DNA of 64,000 nucleotides from Eledone cirrhosa (GCA_964016885.1 OZ024752.1:12524001-12588000), one strand, 5' to 3'; shown: positions 13,122 through 27,150, counted from the stretch's first letter. Notes: generated from the letters alone by a model not told the origin. Numbers and translations are program-made.

Positions 13122-14074
13122 CAACGGTTGCCAACTGGTGGTCCGAGAGAAAATTTTGGTGGTCTGCAGAAAAATTTGGACATTATTTTCAATTTTTATA
13201 TTTTATTAATAATTGTTTCTACTTTTGGTACAAGGCCAGCAATTATCCCAGTACATTACTGGTACTTTATTTTATCGACCCCGTAAGGATGAAAGGCAAA
13301 GTTAACCTTGGCAGGATTTGAACTCAGACTACAAAGGGGCGTAACTCTATGCTGCAAAGCATGGTGTCTGACGCTCTACCGATACTGCCAATCCCCCGAA
13401 TAAGGATTTCTAGTATATACACAAGGCCAGTAATTTTGGGGAAGGAGAAAGTCAATTAAATTGATCCCAGCACATTACTGGTGATTTATTTTATTGACCC
13501 CGTAAGGATGAAAGGCAAAGTTAACCTCGGTGGAATAATAAAACAAAAATAATATTTGGTTAAACTATATTCTACAATATCCCTAAAAAATGTTTCTCCT
13601 CAATAAAGACCTAACATCCATGAAAGAATTTTACACCTATATATCATATATCGACAATATGACACATGTACACTTCAGTATTGTTTAACAAAATGGAAGT
13701 TCTCTGATCAGTATTTTACACCTATATATCATATATTGACAATATGACACAGGTACACTTCAGTATTGTTTAACAAAATGGAAGTTCTCTGGTCATTATT
13801 TTACACCTATATGTCATCTATAAACAATATGACACAGGTACACTTCAGTATTGTTTAACAATATTGAAGTTCTCTGGTCATTATTTTACACATGTGTATC
13901 ATCTATCGACAATATGACACAGGTACACTTCAGTATTGTTTAACAAAATGGAAGTTATCTGATCATTATTTTACAAATGTATTTATCTTTTTAAAAAAAT
14001 TCATATTAGTGGTCCGCGGGATTTAAAATGATAAATTTAGTGGTCCATAAGGTCCAAAAGGTTGGTGAACGCTG
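13122..14074. mobile_element. hAT/Charlie-type MITE with nested SINEs and an internal ~84-bp tandem repeat
   Basis: TIRs caacggttgccaac / gttggtgaacgctg. Flanks ctctagac / ctccaaac look like a decayed 8-bp TSD. About 4 tandem units lie at 13629-13975. Confidence 0.6.
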
Positions 14075-14144
14075 CTCCAAACTACATTAGCTAACAATTA
14101 AGTTTGTTGTTCTTCCTTTTATAAGAAAATAAGCTGTAGTTTAA

Positions 14145-14364
14145 CCCTTTAACATTTACATTACTCTAGATATATACTATTATATTTTCACGGTTAAGGC
14201 TTTACCTTACATAATTTTCTCACATATTGTATCTATGAGATTTTGATATTATTTATTTTGAGAACGATACCTTAACATCAGTATGAACAGTCGAATTCAG
14301 TCGGTTTGAACAGAAAGAGGTGAGAGAATTCTGGCCGGATACAGCCGGTTTAAATGCTGAAGGG
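14145..14364. mobile_element. piggyBac-like MITE (other copies 41060-41260, 41456-41642, 59291-59494)
   Basis: TTAA-CCCTT...AAGGG-TTAA ends and a shared internal sequence across copies. Confidence 0.7.
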
Positions 14365-14889
14365 TTAATAGATTTTGGGTATTATTTCTAGAAAAGTCGA
14401 GTGACTTTGTTAACTTTCCCAATATGCATCACCCTATATGAGTACCTGTGTGTCAATCTGTATTCACCTGTAAAGTATAAATCAACACATTAACCGATCC
14501 CCTTCACAATTGACAGCAACTTACATATATAATATATCATCATCACTGTTGTTTTAATGTCTGCTTTCCCTGCTAGCAAAGGTTGGGTATATATATATAT
14601 ATATATATTTCGTTTCTGAATTTGTTTAGCAAGAGTCTTTATCTGAAAACGTGTGTTGAAACTGATATTGTTATACTTTGGGAGGGTCATGTTGTCAATA
14701 AGAAACACACACACTAGTTGCCTTCACTCCAATTTATTATAAATTAAAAAATTTATAAATTTCCGGTTGGTTGGTTGGTTCCACAAATTAAATTTATAAT
14801 TTAATTTATAATAAATTGGAGTGAAAGCAACTGATGCGTGTGTTTCTTATTAGCAACATGACCTTCCCAAAGTATACAATATATATATA

Positions 14890-15250
14890 TATTGGATGTG
14901 CAGTGTAAATGTGGGTGAACGACCCAGCATGAATGTGTTGAGAGAGAACTGTGTTTGAGAGGGATAGAATGTAGTGTATTGGAGAGGAGGCTGAGGTGGT
15001 ATGGACATGTGATGCGCATGGAGGATGACCGATGGGTGAAGAAGTGCCAGGAAATGCCAGTTGAAGGAAGACGTGGTAGAGGTAGACCACGAAAAACATA
15101 GGCGGAGGTGGTGAGAACAGATCTCAGATCGTTGAAGCTCACGGTGGAGATGACGAAGGACCGTGACGAGTGGAGAGATGGTGTGCTGAATAAGACCCGT
15201 CTCACCCTTGCAAGCAGGGAAAAGCGGACGTAAAATGATGATGATGATTT
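14890..15250 (+). mobile_element. RTE LINE 3' fragment
   Basis: Same family as 11705-12015, opposite strand, with a (gat)n tail. Confidence 0.85.
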
Positions 15251-15389
15251 AAAGGTTAAATAAGGTTCAATGAATAAATCAAAGAATGAGTTTTACAATA
15301 GATTGGAAGCACTCCACTGATATAGTTTTCCGGAGTTATTAATATTAATTCAAAATATTAACAAAAATAGACATTCGTGTGATCAAGTA

Positions 15390-15456
15390 TATTTTATTAT
15401 ACATATTTCAGAGGTACTGAGCTATCTTCAACAGTACGTCCTCATCAGATAAAATA
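15390..15456 (-). ncRNA. Type I hammerhead ribozyme (family B) inside inverted repeat 15339-15568
   Basis: tattttat-CTGATGA-ggacgtactg/cagtacctct-GAAA-tatgtata-ataaaata, with a perfect 8-bp stem I. Confidence 0.85.
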
Positions 15457-15695
15457 AGATGATGCATGACATACCCTGACTTAGTAGATGGTTAAGATTC
15501 AGTCATGGTAGTAAAATATACTTGATCACATGAATGTCTATTTTTGTTAATATTTTGAATTAATATTATATATTATATATTTTGCCTTTCATCCTTACGG
15601 GGTCGATAAAATAAAGTACCAGTAATATACTGTGTAATTGCTGGCCTTGTGCCAAAAATAGAAACAATTATATACATATATGTATATACTATATG

Positions 15696-15726
<31 letters not shown>

Positions 15727-15768
15727 GTGTGTGTATGTGTATATATATATATGTATATATATATGTAT

Positions 15769-15801
<33 letters not shown>

Positions 15802-15808
15802 AATATAA

Positions 15809-15842
<34 letters not shown>

Positions 15843-15855
15843 GTATATATATAAG

Positions 15856-15958
<103 letters not shown>

Positions 15959-16096
15959 TTGTTACTCTAATGTCCCCCCTTATTTACGTGTCCCAACGAC
16001 TTTTTTTAGCCGTTGTTCGCACCAACCTGAGGCATATGGCCCTTAAAGCGATGAAATGCCGAGGACGGTTGGAGGGTCACTGATGAGGACTCACTT

Positions 16097-16158
<62 letters not shown>

Positions 16159-16174
16159 ATATATATATATATAC

Positions 16175-17150
16175 ATGTAGCAGCTGCGCTGGGACAGCAT
16201 GCACCAGACGGCCACAGGAAACAAGCACTACAAAACTCTGGCAGGACTCTGTAGAAACAGTAGACAGCTTCTGCTACCTAGGTGACCGAATTAGCAGCGG
16301 AGGTGGGTGTTCGGAAAGTACAATAACTAGGGTAAGAACGGGATAGAAGAAATTCAGGGAGCTACTACCACTGCTAGCTGAAAAAGTCTTTTCCCTCAAA
16401 ATGAAAGGCAGACTGTATGATGCGTGTATATGAACAGCAATGTTACATGGTCGTGAGACCTGGGCGCTGTCTGTAGAAGACTTGCATAGATTAGAAAGAA
16501 ACGAAGCCTGCATGTTCCGATGGATGTGTAATAGTAATATACGCAAACGGCAAAGTATAAACGAATTGAGAGAGAGACTGAGCATAAGAGGAATCAATTG
16601 CTGTGTGCAGGAGAGACGGTTGTGTTGGTATGGACATGTGATGCATATGACGGATGTCATGTGATGTGTATGAAGATGCAGAACACTAGAATTCGATGGC
16701 GGAGTGTGGAGACACAAGAAAACCTGGGATGAGGTGATAAAAGCCAACCTTACCCAATGCCCCTCTCAAGGGCGATGACACACGACCGCGACCTCTGGCG
16801 TCATGCAGTAATACAGAAGACCCGACCCCCCACAGGAGCAAGCCAAAGCTGAAGCATATAGACAATATGCCCCCCACACCCTCCCACTGCAAAGTGGTCG
16901 TGGAGATGCCACGGCAAAAAAGCACCCAGCCCACACTGTAAAGTGGATGTGTAGGCGCCACGGAAAAAAGCACCCAGCACTCACTGTAAATGAGGTTGGT
17001 GTTAGGAAGGGCATCCAGCTGTAGAAATCAAGCCAGAATCAGTTCCTGTATGAGCAAGACAAGGTCAGCCGACTGGACACTGCCCACAACAGGACAACCC
17101 GTCTAACCCATGCTAGCATGGAAAAACGGATGTAAAACGATGCTGATGAT
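16175..17150 (+). mobile_element. RTE LINE 3' ~1 kb remnant
   Basis: VETVDSFCYLGD...MLHGRETWAL...RLCWYGHVM with in-frame stops; 3' UTR and (gat)n tail. Confidence 0.85.
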
Positions 17151-17334
17151 ATACATATATACATATATATACATATATATCTATATATATATACATATAT
17201 ATACATATATACATATATACATATATATATATACATATATACATATATATACATATATACATATATACTTATATATATATATATATATACACATACATAT
17301 ATACATACATATATATACATATATATACACATAC

Positions 17335-17381
<47 letters not shown>

Positions 17382-17469
17382 CATATATACATGCATATAT
17401 ACATATATATATATACATATATACACATATATATACATATATATATACATACATATATATACATATATT

Positions 17470-18050
17470 ACCAGCTGTATAAAAAAGTGCAGGGCAATAA
17501 AAATAGATGGTAGCCACGGAGTAGGCAGACCCAGAAAAACCTGGGACGACCTGATAAATTCCGACCTCACACACTTACACCTCTCCAAGACAATGTCACT
17601 GGACCGAGACCTTTGGCGGTACTCAGTAATAGAGAAGTCCCGCCTTGCCTAAATACAAAGTAAACCTACTACAGTCAGTAGGCATCTCTAACAAAATACA
17701 CCCCGTCCCACTACCCCCACCCCATCCACACCACCTCTTTCAATGTAAAGTTATGTTGGTATCACAACATCCAGCCCAAAACAAATGCGGTCGTGTAGAT
17801 GTCACGACAAAAAAACACACAGTTCACGCTGTAATGTGGCCGTGTAGGTAACACGGTAAAAACCTCCCAGTCCCACACTGTAAATGTGGTTGGTGTAGGA
17901 AGGGCATCCAGCCATAGCAAACCCGCCAGACAGTCCTATGCGAGCAAGACAACCACTCTTACCTCAAGTGGGAAAACTCCCGTCCAAACCCATGCAAGCT
18001 TGGAATATGGACGTTAAACGATGATGATGATGATGATGATGATGATGATA
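17470..18050 (+). mobile_element. RTE LINE 3' fragment
   Basis: Near-identical to 5690-6270. Confidence 0.85.
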
Positions 18051-18149
18051 TATATATATATCTATCTAAGGCGGGTAAAATTCCCGAGATCCATGGACGA
18101 GTTCTCTCCAGCGGTCTCTGTCCCTCATTATCGCTGCCATGTCCTGCCT

Positions 18150-18278
18150 CTCCAACGTTAGCTGAGGTTAGCTGGACATGCTCACCGACATCCAGAGTTG
18201 ACATTGCACTCAGTACTCCTTTGGGAGCCCCTACATGGACACACTAGAAGAGGAAGACCAAGGTTAACGTATGTTGAT
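18150..18278 (+). mobile_element. RTE-like LINE C-terminal fragment (third family)
   Basis: RLAGHAHRHPEL...LLWEPLHGHTRRGRPRLTYVD. Confidence 0.65.
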
Positions 18279-19215
18279 ATATATATATATACATACATAT
18301 ATATATATGTGTGTGTGTGTGTATATATATACATATCATAATGATCATCACCGTAGCATGGGTTAGACGGGTTGTCCTGTTATGGGCAGTGTCCGGTCGG
18401 CTGACCTTGTCTTGCTCATACGGGAACTGATACTGGCTTCATTTCTACAGCTGGATGCCCTTCCTAACACCAACCTCATTTACAGTGAGTGCTGGGTGCT
18501 TTTTTCTGTGGCGCCTACACATCCACTTTTACAGTGTGGGCTGGGTGCTTTTTTGCCATGGCACCTCTACAAATTCGTAGAATTAATACATATCTGAGGA
18601 CCTTGCGATTTTCCGAGTCAGGTTCGATCATCACATCGATCGTTCCTCGAGCTGGTCGCCAGAGAAATGATTGTAATATGTCCAATAAATTCCACTGATT
18701 CTCTATTTATTTTGTAATATCATACTCTGCTCTGTGAGAGCATCAAGTGCTCAAACGGCCTACCGCATACGGACTCTTTAAGCATCCAACACAAATTATA
18801 TATATATATATATATGTATCATTATCATCATCATCATCGTTTAACGTCTATCTTCCACGCTACCATAAGTTGTCCCACTTGAGGCAAGATTGGTTTTCTC
18901 GCTCATATAGAACTGTCTGGCAGGTTTTCTACGGCTGGATGCCCTTCCTAACACCAATCACGTTTACAGTGTGGACTGGGAGCTTTTTACTGTGTTACCT
19001 ACATGACCACATTACAGCGTGGACTGTGTGTTTTTTTGCCGTGACACCTACACAACCTCGTTTATTTGGGACTGGATGTTGTGGTACCAACATAACTTCA
19101 CATTCAAGGGGTTCGTGTGGATGGGGGAGGGAGGATAGGGTAGTGGGATGGGGGTGTATATTTGGTTAAGAGGTATATATTAATATATATGTATATATAT
19201 ATATATATATATATA

Positions 19216-19331
19216 ATTCAATGATATTAAATAAATGGAAACTATATTTATAAAACCATATTTATTTTATTATATAATAAAATAAATATGGTTTTATAAA
19301 TATAGTTTCCATTTATTTAATATCATTGAAT
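19216..19331. repeat. Perfect fold-back of the family B hammerhead 3' flank, centred on TATATA
   Basis: The arms match the sequence downstream of the family B cleavage site (cf. 62672-62712). Confidence 0.85.
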
Positions 19332-19418
19332 ATTTACTCCAGTTAGCTGTTGAGTGCTCTAAATCAGTTATAAACATTTATATTTGTTTGACTTCCAACA
19401 AATTAAATACAACTTCTA

Positions 19419-19498
<80 letters not shown>

Positions 19499-19805
19499 AT
19501 AATAATAATTGTTTCTACTTTAGGCACAATGCTAGCAATTACCCAGTGCATTACTGGAACTTTATTTTATCGACCCCGTAAGGATGAAAGGCAAAGTCAA
19601 CCTCGGCGGGATTTGAACTCAGATCGTAATGGGATACTATTTATAGGTATGTATATACTATAAACAACTATAAACAGGAAAAGTCAGTAATTTATTACTA
19701 CCTTATTACCAGTCAGAGAAATAGCTCAATGTACGAACATCAGTTGTTTTACAGAGCAGGAAAATAAATTATACAAATATCAAAGTTATGTTCAAATCAT
19801 TTAAT

Positions 19806-19852
19806 TGCTGACAATCGTTTCTTCCAAACTTTAGTTTGGAGTCATCGGAGCA
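19806..19852 (-). ncRNA. Degenerate hammerhead (CCGATGA core)
   Basis: tgct-CCGATGA-ctccaaac taaa gtttggaa-GAAA-cgattGTC-agca. Confidence 0.55.
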
Positions 19853-22184
19853 TTATCAATGTTTGTACATATAATTAACCTCCTATTCAACTGAACAATC
19901 ATATAGATACATATATATTGATGTTGTGAGCAACAGTTTCGTATTTACAGGGTGTAATGGATGCGACATATATTATACGAGAATTGTACAAACATTCAAA
20001 TTATAAACACAGAGTGGAATACATGCAACAGATAATACAAGAGAATAGTCTAATAATTAAAGAGGCATTGAGACAGAAGCATTGAGAAAAAAAGAGTACA
20101 TTAGCAATACATATGCAAGCGTGTAGAAAGTGCATATGTGTTAGTCATATCTATGAGAAGGAAATAAGCAAAGGTCTTATGCATATATAGATAAATAAAT
20201 AAATACTGTATGGCAAGCAAATGTGTTAATGTATTAAAATTTATGTGTGTTGAGAAAATCAAAGTTATTGCAGTCTTTTCCATTACATATGTTAAATTAT
20301 ATTTTAGTTAATGTTTCTATTGAATGTTTTAAGTTAGTTACAGCAATGGATTGTAAATTGGTCTTATTGTATTCTTATTCAAGGATTATAGTTGTTCAAC
20401 AGTTAGTTTTTCCAATTGTTTAATTTCGGGAACATACACACGAACAAACACTTACATGATTTTCGAACCACGTCACCTACATCCACACCACATATAAACA
20501 CAAACACACACATGCATATCCCCACATACTCCCACTCAGCCTCCGGACTCCACACGCCCCCACCCCCACCCCTCTCCATCCACACGCACGCACACACCGA
20601 CTTACAGCCCACCCCATGTACACAATGGTTTCCCTTTTACCTGAACATGGAACCTCGTTCTTCCCCCAACTCTCACATTCACATACACACACACACATGT
20701 ACACCTACACCCATACACAAACACCACCTTCAGCCCTCCCCGCCCGGACCCCCCCCCTTCACCCACCACCACCCCTACACGCCTTACACCCTTTCACCAC
20801 TTGTTTATTTTTATTTTTATTCTTATTTTTATTTGTACTTTTAAAAAATGCCCTTTACTCTCCAAAAAAAATTGTCCCCCCCCTTTTAAAAATGTCTTTC
20901 CACCACTCCCCCACACACTCTCAGAACTCTCTTCCTACCCACTATTCTCCTGATGAAGGGCTTATACCCGAAACGTCGTCCCCACGCCCCACTCTCAAGC
21001 GTGAAACTAATACTAATATCATTTGTACTGCTTCTCTGTTTTTTGTTCTCTGTTCATTTATTAAACTATAGTTGTGTAGTGACCTACATTCCGCGGGCTC
21101 ACATACATTCTCTGTGCGTGATTTGGCTCAGTTCAGCCAATCAGCGCCAGTAGAAGAGGATGTATCCCTACGCGCCCTGAGGAAGAAATTCCCCGCGAAG
21201 ATTTGAAGAATCTCTCTCTGGTACCAAAAAACTTCAAGCCAGCAACACGCATAATGTAACGGTGAGATTTGCACCCTAGCCTCGCCGGCTTAACGGCGCA
21301 ATGGCACATTCCCTTTTGTAACCTCTTTTTATCTGTAACTTCAACCATATAAATAAACAAACATTTCATCTCTAATTACTGCTGTTGAAATCATTATTAT
21401 GTTACTCGTGTCTCAATAACATCTATAATCCATGCTGCTGGAATTGGCGACCTGACGAAAGGAATATTGTAAATAGATGGTAAATAGATCGAGGGACCTT
21501 CCCTCACATCTATGTCAACAAGATAATCCAACGAGGATACTATCACTTACCACACTGGCAACTAACGACCTTCAATCATCTACCCTGTTAAAGTAACGAC
21601 CACTGATTCTACCACCCTGCTAAAGTTGTTTTACCTGATTAGTTCTTTCGTTGTTTTTGGTATTGTATGGTTGGGTTTTGCCTACCGCAATTTTCAATTT
21701 GTCAAGCTTTTAAACGTAATGTTATTACTCTAAGGACCTACCCTTATTGAGTGCTTTGCTACTCATTCCTTATTGTAGGTCAGCTTTGCTTGGCCACAGC
21801 CAAAGCTTCGATTTTACTAAGCTTCCACTTGTATATATATATATATATATATATATACATACATACAAATAGGATTTCCCCAAGAATGTATACATCATTT
21901 CAGCAGCATTCTGATAACAATGTGTATACATTTTTTTAGGGAGACCCTGTATATACAACAAACAACATCTCTAAGTAGAGAAATATTCTAATGCCTGAAA
22001 GTGACTTAATTTTACCTGCTACCACAAAGAGATTAACTTAACCAAGTCATGCTTGTCACACATCAAGTTACTGTGAAATTTTTTATGTGACGTAAGCAAA
22101 AATGATATTTCCTAAATAACAATTTCTTTGTATACACAAAAATAAACTCCTCCTCTTTTTTATACTCCACTATATATATATATA

Positions 22185-22375
22185 TAACAAAGGGATTGTG
22201 GTAAGGAACCAGATGGACCATAACGCACCAGAGTACTCAATACTTAGGGTAGTAGAGTGGGTAATAGGAAAAGGTATGACCCCCGACGGCAGAGCTCAAG
22301 CCGTTTCGACGGATATTTCTGGACAGAAATAGCCGTCGAAACGGCTTGAGCTCTGCTGTCGGGGTCATACCTTTT

Positions 22376-22380
<5 letters not shown>
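22185..22380. repeat. Fold-back element with half-hammerhead (palindrome 22264-22380)
   Basis: ataggaaaaggtatgacccc...ggggtcataccttttcctat; GAAA-cggc..gctg-TC. Confidence 0.8.
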
Positions 22381-22425
<45 letters not shown>

Positions 22426-22619
22426 GATAAATCTACCAAAAGTTTACGGTAGTGTCCAATCCGTATGAAGAACTCAATGTAATCCGGATATCATGGAAAG
22501 AAGAGATGCATTCAAAAATCACTTTCGGTGAAAGATAAACGGAATACAGAGTCAAGATAAAATATTTAAAAAATAATGAATAAAACAATGAAACAGTTCC
22601 TTATATTAAACAAAAAAAG

Positions 22620-22772
22620 TTCATTATTTAACGATCGTTTCTAGGACATATATGTGTTAGAATTGGCATGCATATTCAAAAGATCTATGTACAAAATTAT
22701 ACAAAATTATACAAACTATCAAATAGAATATACATACCAACACATACATATGCCGTCTTCAGAAATAATGAA
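22620..22772 (-). ncRNA. Hammerhead ribozyme with ~115-nt extended stem II (mirror copy)
   Basis: Reverse complement of 25097-25251 with an intact core. Confidence 0.75.
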
Positions 22773-23879
22773 GTATATTTATTGATAATAACAACAATTC
22801 AAAATTACAGGTCTTAAATGTAGTTAACCTATAATTTTAATTTAATTAAAATTCTACTACAGATGAAATTAAAAAATATTGTGTAATCATAAATTGTGAA
22901 AAACTTTTAAATATTATTAACATAATTAATATATACTCTGGAAATTAATTTATAGATTAATTTTAGTTTATTTAACCTTTTATTAAAATTCCTTTACAGA
23001 TGAAATATAACAAAATATCGTGTAATCAATAACAGAGAAATACTTTTTGATATTATAAACCTAATTAATGTACAATTTAGAAATTAATTTATAAATTAAT
23101 TTTAATTTAGTTAACCTATAAGTTTAATTTAGTTAGCTTAAAATTAAAATTCTAATACAGATGGATTGCAGAATATCATGTAATCATAAACTGAGAAAAA
23201 CTTTTAATTATATACCTAATTAATATATTCTTTACAAATAAATATATAGATTAATTTTAATTTTAGTTAACCTATAATTATATTCTACTATAGATAAAAT
23301 ACAAAATTTGCTTTTATTATTATAAACCTAATTAACATATACTATAGAAATTAATATATAATTTTTAATTTAGTTAACCTATAATTAATATTCTACTACC
23401 GATGAAATACTTGATTTGGCTTTCCCTATTACTAAATTCATTTCCTAAAATTGATACATTCATGTTAATATTTTTAATTTAGTTATGCTATAATTAATAC
23501 TCTACTACTGTTTAACTTCAAAATTCCGCTTTAAATATTATAAACCTAAGTAGTATACACCTTAGAAATTAATATATTAACTATTTTTACTTTAATTAAC
23601 CTATAATTAATAGTCTACTTATATTAAAATGCATAATTTTGCCTTCTTTCTGACACTACTATGTAAACACATATTATGATTTAAATGCAGACTAATATTC
23701 TATGTTCCTTGAAACCTATATTTACTATTTCCCACTAATAATTTTAATCCCCCCCCCCTAAAATTATTCGTATTTATAAGTGTGGATGTATGTATATGTA
23801 TGTAAGTATGTATGTATGTTTGTGTGTTTGTATGTGAGTATAAACATACATATGTGCACATGTAAATAAGTGTGTATGA

Positions 23880-23925
<46 letters not shown>

Positions 23926-24021
23926 GTGTATGTATGTATGTGTATGTATATGTATTTGTAGAGATGTGTGTATGTATGTGTATATATGTGCATAATTGTC
24001 TGACTGTGTGTATTTATTTAT

Positions 24022-24065
<44 letters not shown>

Positions 24066-24372
24066 ATATATATGTGTGTATATATATTTATATGTATGTA
24101 TATATGTATTTGTATATATGTGTGTATGTATATCTCTATATTTATGTATGTCTGAGTTGTGTGTGAGTGTGTGGTTGTGTGTATATATACATGGGTATGT
24201 GTGTGTATGTATATATACGTATATGTATGTGTGTGTGTGTATATATATGTGTGTGTATATATATGTGTGTATATATATATATGTATATATATGTATATAT
24301 ATATATATATATGTATGTATGTGTGTATGTGTGTGTACATATATGTATATATGTGTGTTGTGAGTATGTGTG

Positions 24373-24403
<31 letters not shown>

Positions 24404-24430
24404 ATCTGTATGTGTATATATATGTATGTA

Positions 24431-24472
<42 letters not shown>

Positions 24473-25096
24473 TGTATTTATATGTATGAGTATATCTTTT
24501 ACTTGTTTATTTCTTTTAATATATTTCTTTTTATTTCTAAATTTATAGATACATTTTTATAAGTATGCTGAGTCTGACACCCTCTGTAATTACTTACTCC
24601 CTCACCTATTTTTAGTTCTGCATCTAGATGTAAGTGTATGTGGCCGTGTTTATGTGTGCGCCTCTATATCCATATAGTTATAATAATAATATATACGTAT
24701 GTGTGTGTGTATGTGTGTGTGTATATGTGTGTGTGTGTGTTCGTGGGTATGTGTATGTTTGTGTTTTATGTGTATATGCGTGTGTGTGTATGAATGTATG
24801 TATATGTGTGTATATATGAGTGTGTGTATGTATGTATACGTATGTGTATTTTGTCTGTGGATTATAAACATACAGAGACATTAGCCCTGAATTTTTGTAT
24901 TTACATACACTTTTTCGACATGCATATGCATGTGAACATACATTTTTATGCATATCTGTGAACGAAGTTACTTGCATATATAAACACACCTAACTGTATT
25001 TTCTTGATGTAATTTTATGTATTTCATTGGTCTATTTAAAATCTGTTCCCAAACAGACCTGTAATTTTGAATTGTTGTTATTATCAATAAATATAC

Positions 25097-25251
25097 TTCA
25101 TTATTTCTGAAGACGGCATATGTATGTGTTGGTATGTATATTCTATTTGATAGTTTGTATAATTTTGTATAATTTTGTACATAGATCTGTTGAATATGCA
25201 TGCCAATTCTAACACACATATATATCCTAGAAACGATCGTTAAATAATGAA
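25097..25251 (+). ncRNA. Hammerhead ribozyme with ~116-nt extended stem II
   Basis: ttcattattt-CTGAAGA-[116 nt; ends pair ggcatatgtatgtgttgg/ctaacacacatatatatcc]-GAAA-cgatcGTT-aaataatgaa. Stem I is a perfect 10 bp and stem III is palindromic (ACGATCGT). Confidence 0.75.
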
Positions 25252-25444
25252 CTTTTTTTGTTTAATATAAGGAACTGTCTCATTGTTTATTCATTATTTG
25301 TTTAATATTTTATCTTGACTCTGTATACCGTTTATCTTTCACCGAAAGTGATTTTTCATTACATCTCTTCTTTCCATGATATCCGGAATACATTGAGTTC
25401 TTCATACGGATTGGACACTACCGTAAACTCTTGGTAGATTTATC

Positions 25445-25481
<37 letters not shown>

Positions 25482-25924
25482 TGAAACAAAATGAAAACGA
25501 AATTTCATTTCTCACTCTTAGTATGGCACTTACTTAAATGTAAGTATGCATGTACACGTACATACATATATGTATACAAACGAACAAAGGGACGTTATAA
25601 TAAGCGCCGCTAAACTGATACGTGCATATATGTATGTGTACCTGTATGCATATGTATGTATATATGTATATATATATATATATGTGCATGCTACTGTACG
25701 TCTGTATACATATATGTATGTACGTGTACATGCATACTTACATTTAAGTAAGTGCCATACTAAGAGTGAAAAATGAAATTTCGTTTTCATTTTGTTTCAA
25801 TTTATCGTTTTCGGTATGCCTGACCGATTTAACTCACTCAATATGCAAATTAGGCTGCTCAGCCGTTAATTTTCATAAGGAAAGTATATACTTTCGAACG
25901 TTCAACTATCTGGCAGATGGGTAA

Positions 25925-25967
25925 ACGGTGCTGATGATAGCTAACAAGCTTGAAACTAGTACATCGT
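25925..25967 (+). ncRNA. Minimal type I hammerhead ribozyme
   Basis: acggtg-CTGATGA-t agct aaca agct t-GAAA-ctaGTA-catcgt, with palindromic stem III ACTAGT. Confidence 0.85.
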
Positions 25968-26210
25968 TCCTGTGTCAGTGTTGAACAAAAAGGTGACGTG
26001 GTTGCCTTAACACCGTATGGCATAAATTCAGGCTGTTCAGTTTGTTTACAAACGAACAAAGCGACGTTATAATAAGCGCCGCTAAACTGATACGTGCATA
26101 TATGTATGTGTACCTGTATGCATATGTATGTATATATGTATATATATATATATATGTGCATGCTACTGTACGTCTGTATACATATATGTATGTACGTGTA
26201 CATGCATACT

Positions 26211-26263
<53 letters not shown>

Positions 26264-26370
26264 CAAAGGAACTGTGGTAAGGAACCAGATGGACCATAAC
26301 GCACCAGAGTACTCAATACTTAGGGTAGTAGAGTGGGAAATAGGAAAAAGTATGACCCCGACGGCAGAGC

Positions 26371-27150
26371 ACTATTGTATTTTCAAAGTAAAGACTTTAC
26401 CTGACATAATACCTCACATAACATTTACATTACTCTATATTTACTATTGTATTTTCAAAGTAAAGGCTTTACCTCACATAATACCTCACATAACATTTAC
26501 ATTACTCTATATTTACTATTGTATTTTCAAAGTAAAGGCTTTACCTCACATAATACCTCGCATAACATTTACATTACTCTATATTTACTATTGTATTTTC
26601 ACAGTAAAGGTTTTACCTCACATAATATCTCACATAACATTTACATTACTCGATATATACTATTGTATTGTCACAGTAAAGACTTTACCTCACATAATAT
26701 CTCACATAACATTTACATTACTCTATATATACTATTGTATTTTCACAGTAAAGGCTTTACCTCACATAATACCTCACATAACATTTACATTACTCTATAT
26801 TTACTATTGTATTTTCAAAGTAAAGGCTTTACCTCACATAATACCTCACATAACATTTACATTACTCTATATTTACTATTGTATTTTCAAAGTAAAGGCT
26901 TTACCTCACATAATATCTCACATAACACTTACATCACTCTATATATACTATTGTATTTTCACAGTAAAGTCTTTACCTCACATAATATCTCACATAACAC
27001 TTACATCACTCTATATATTCGATTGTATTTTCACAGTAAAGGCTTTACCTCACATAATATCTCACATAACACTTACATCACTCTATATATACTGTTGTAT
27101 TTTCACAGTAAACACTTTATCTCACAAAATTATCTCACATAATATCTAAT
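26371..27150. repeat. 72-bp minisatellite (~10.5 units) amplified from the piggyBac-like MITE interior
   Basis: Unit actattgtattttcaaagtaaaggctttacctcacataat...; it continues into the MITE right end at ~27290. Confidence 0.9.

Larger units (their letters stand above)
22421..25449. mobile_element. Non-coding element with ~395-bp inverted terminal repeats (22421-22814 / 25055-25449), each containing a hammerhead
   Basis: The arms are near-identical reverse complements and both ends abut (TA)n. The interior is AT-rich degenerate tandem repeats and microsatellites. Confidence 0.8.

Noticed and set aside
20950-20980. CTGATGA-ggg..ccc-GAAACGTC hammerhead core
   Set aside because: No stem I pairing found. 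Probably a decayed PLE-type remnant, so not counted as intact.
21075-21452. Possible solo LTR with TGGCGACC primer-binding-like motif
   Set aside because: No partner LTR, no clear TG..CA end adjacent to the motif, no TSD and no gag/pol.
26094-27149. 351-aa and 231-aa ORFs
   Set aside because: Read-through of (TA)n and a 72-bp (multiple of 3) minisatellite; no domain signal.
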